IMG/VR virus record: IMGVR_UViG_2778261360_000002 | Span: 1-11,329 of that record | Source of the DNA: a virus | Lineage: Duplodnaviria > Heunggongvirae > Uroviricota > Caudoviricetes | Length of the DNA stretch: 11,329 bases | Direction: 5' to 3' (one strand) | Shown here: positions 10,382 through 11,329 of the stretch, in pieces | How positions within the stretch are numbered: position 1 is the first letter of the stretch | Layout: every line of letters starts with the position of its first letter | Program-made: the position numbers and the translations under genes | The notes under the pieces: generated by a model | What the model was told of the DNA's origin: nothing | What the model saw: only the letters and a program-made list of their open reading frames with translations | The model's database searches: none

Positions 10382-10561
10382 GTACCCAGAATCCTGTGAG
10401 CTATACGGAAAGTACACAGAAAGGAAGGTGCGACCGCAATTAATAACAAAATCTTAAAAATCGCATATGGCACTATTAGTTTTCTAAATATTGTATATTT
10501 TAAGTATTGCAGGATAACCCTGTAACGAAGTTTGCGTAACAGCATTTTGCTCTACGAGTTT

Positions 10562-10591
10562 GCCAGCCTCCCCTGGTGGCTGGCTTTTTTT
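10562..10591 (+). terminator. Second intrinsic terminator in the Q-distal region
   Basis: GCCAGCCtcccctggtGGCTGGCttttttt: 7-bp stem plus T7 on the plus strand. Confidence 0.7.
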
Positions 10592-10690
10592 GTATCCGTT
10601 CAACAGGAATGTTACATACCTCACAATTAAGTCAGTTGAATGTTGTCTGCCCGGATGAGAATTTGTTAGAAAAAAACTGCATGGTGAATC

Positions 10691-10732
10691 CCCCTGAGCG
10701 GAGGGGCGACTGGTGACGGTATAATCTCTGAT
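10691..10732 (+). promoter_or_regulatory. Candidate strong sigma70 promoter (perfect TATAAT at 10720-10725) with upstream palindrome CCCCTgagcggAGGGG (10691-10706); possible pR'-type late promoter
   Basis: Consensus -10 hexamer read directly; the -35 is weak, and the palindrome sits where a -35 or activator site would be. Confidence 0.4.
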
Positions 10733-10825
10733 TATCAAAACGAGAATGACGAGGGTTTAGTGGCACCGGGCTGAACTCACCGGGAGGCACCCGGCACCAT
10801 GCAATGGCACATAGCGCCACTCTCC

Positions 10826-10850
10826 AGCCCCTCTCCGGAGGGGCTTTCTT
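10826..10850 (+). terminator. Terminator-like hairpin AGCCCCTCtccgGAGGGGCT followed by a U-rich tract (TTCTT)
   Basis: 8-bp stem with tetraloop; about 115 nt downstream of the TATAAT promoter. The U-tract is interrupted, so efficiency is uncertain. Confidence 0.4.
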
Positions 10851-10856
10851 ATGGAC

Positions 10857-10884
10857 AAAAAAGCCCGCGCTGGGAGACGCGGGC
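10857..10884 (-). terminator. Minus-strand intrinsic terminator (hairpin GCCCGCG/CGCGGGC preceded on the plus strand by A6)
   Basis: Plus strand aaaaaaGCCCGCGctgggagaCGCGGGC; on the minus strand the hairpin is followed by a U6 tract. Confidence 0.5.
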
Positions 10885-11077
10885 GGCAAGGAATAAACAA
10901 TGAAACGTGAAGTAATATTTCAGCTGGCGAATAATACCCTATAGTAATCACTCTGCGCAACTGCGCGACCTTTTTCGAATTGCGGGCTGTAGTCTCCCTT
11001 CTGCCATTGTCCTGTAACTTCCGGACTTCAGCCCGCTCCTTATTTTACTCACAATATTATCCCGGCCGGGAGGATTC

Positions 11078-11329
11078 ATGGCATTTAAACACTATGATGT
11101 TGTCAGGGCGGCGTCGCCGTCAGACCTTGCGGAAAAGCTGACACACAAACTGAAAGAGGGCTGGCAGCCGTTTGGTAGTCCGGTGGCCATAACCCCTTAT
11201 ACCCTGATGCAGGCGATTACAGCAGAAGGTGATGTGGTGGTCAGTGGTGCAACTGAGCCGGATTGGTACTACGTCATCGTACTGGCCGGGCAGTCCAATG
11301 CCATGGCTTACGGTGAAGGGCTTCCGCTG
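11078..11329 (+). CDS. 5' part of a prophage NanS-p-like sialate O-acetylesterase (DUF1737-like N-terminal domain plus start of SGNH/SASA esterase domain); runs off the window end
   Basis: Hand translation MAFKHYDVVRAASPSDLAEKLTHKLKEGWQPFGSPVAITPYTLMQAITAEGDVVVSGATEPDWYYVIVLAGQSNAMAYGEGLPL with no stop before the window end. SD GGGAGGA upstream. The GQSN motif is typical of SASA-type esterases. Missing from the ORF track because it is open-ended. Confidence 0.65.
   Translation, partial: MAFKHYDVVRAASPSDLAEKLTHKLKEGWQPFGSPVAITPYTLMQAITAEGDVVVSGATEPDWYYVIVLAGQSNAMAYGEGLPL

Noticed and set aside
10118-10960. Minus-strand ORFs of 99, 81, 84, 85 and 67 aa in the Q-distal region
   Set aside because: They span multiple intrinsic terminators and promoter-like AT-rich DNA, lack RBS context, and have low-complexity translations; the region is treated as non-coding.
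10312-11077. tRNA genes or stx genes between Q and nanS-p, as in Stx phages
   Set aside because: No cloverleaf-compatible sequence or T-arm GTTCGAATC-type motif with flanking stems found by eye, and no ORF large enough for stxA or stxB.

Overview
This window is the early/regulatory half of a mosaic lambdoid (lambda-like) prophage or phage, read in lambda map orientation. It runs from the leftward pL operon (truncated bet, gam, kil, cIII, ea10, N with nutL), through a phage-434-type immunity region (434 OL operators, cI-434, three 434 OR operators, cro-434), into lambda-type cII/oop/pRE, O with ori iterons, P, ren, tR2 and a reduced nin region (ninB, ninE, ninG, ninH). It ends with a non-lambda Q antiterminator (21/82/QuuD-like), a gene-free Q-distal regulatory region, and the 5' end of a nanS-p-like esterase gene. 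Three AT-rich accessory insertions stand out. The most interesting is a 164-aa coiled-coil plus C4 zinc-ribbon protein that sits where lambda carries sieB (with ral absent), which I propose as a candidate novel superinfection-exclusion/defence gene. The second is a 134-aa secreted protein translationally coupled to cI, in the position lambda uses for rexAB. The third is an antirepressor-like plus Rha/KilA-C gene pair in the nin region, preceded by a structured repeat-rich leader. All protein identifications rest on my recollection of lambda/434 sequences, not on a database search.
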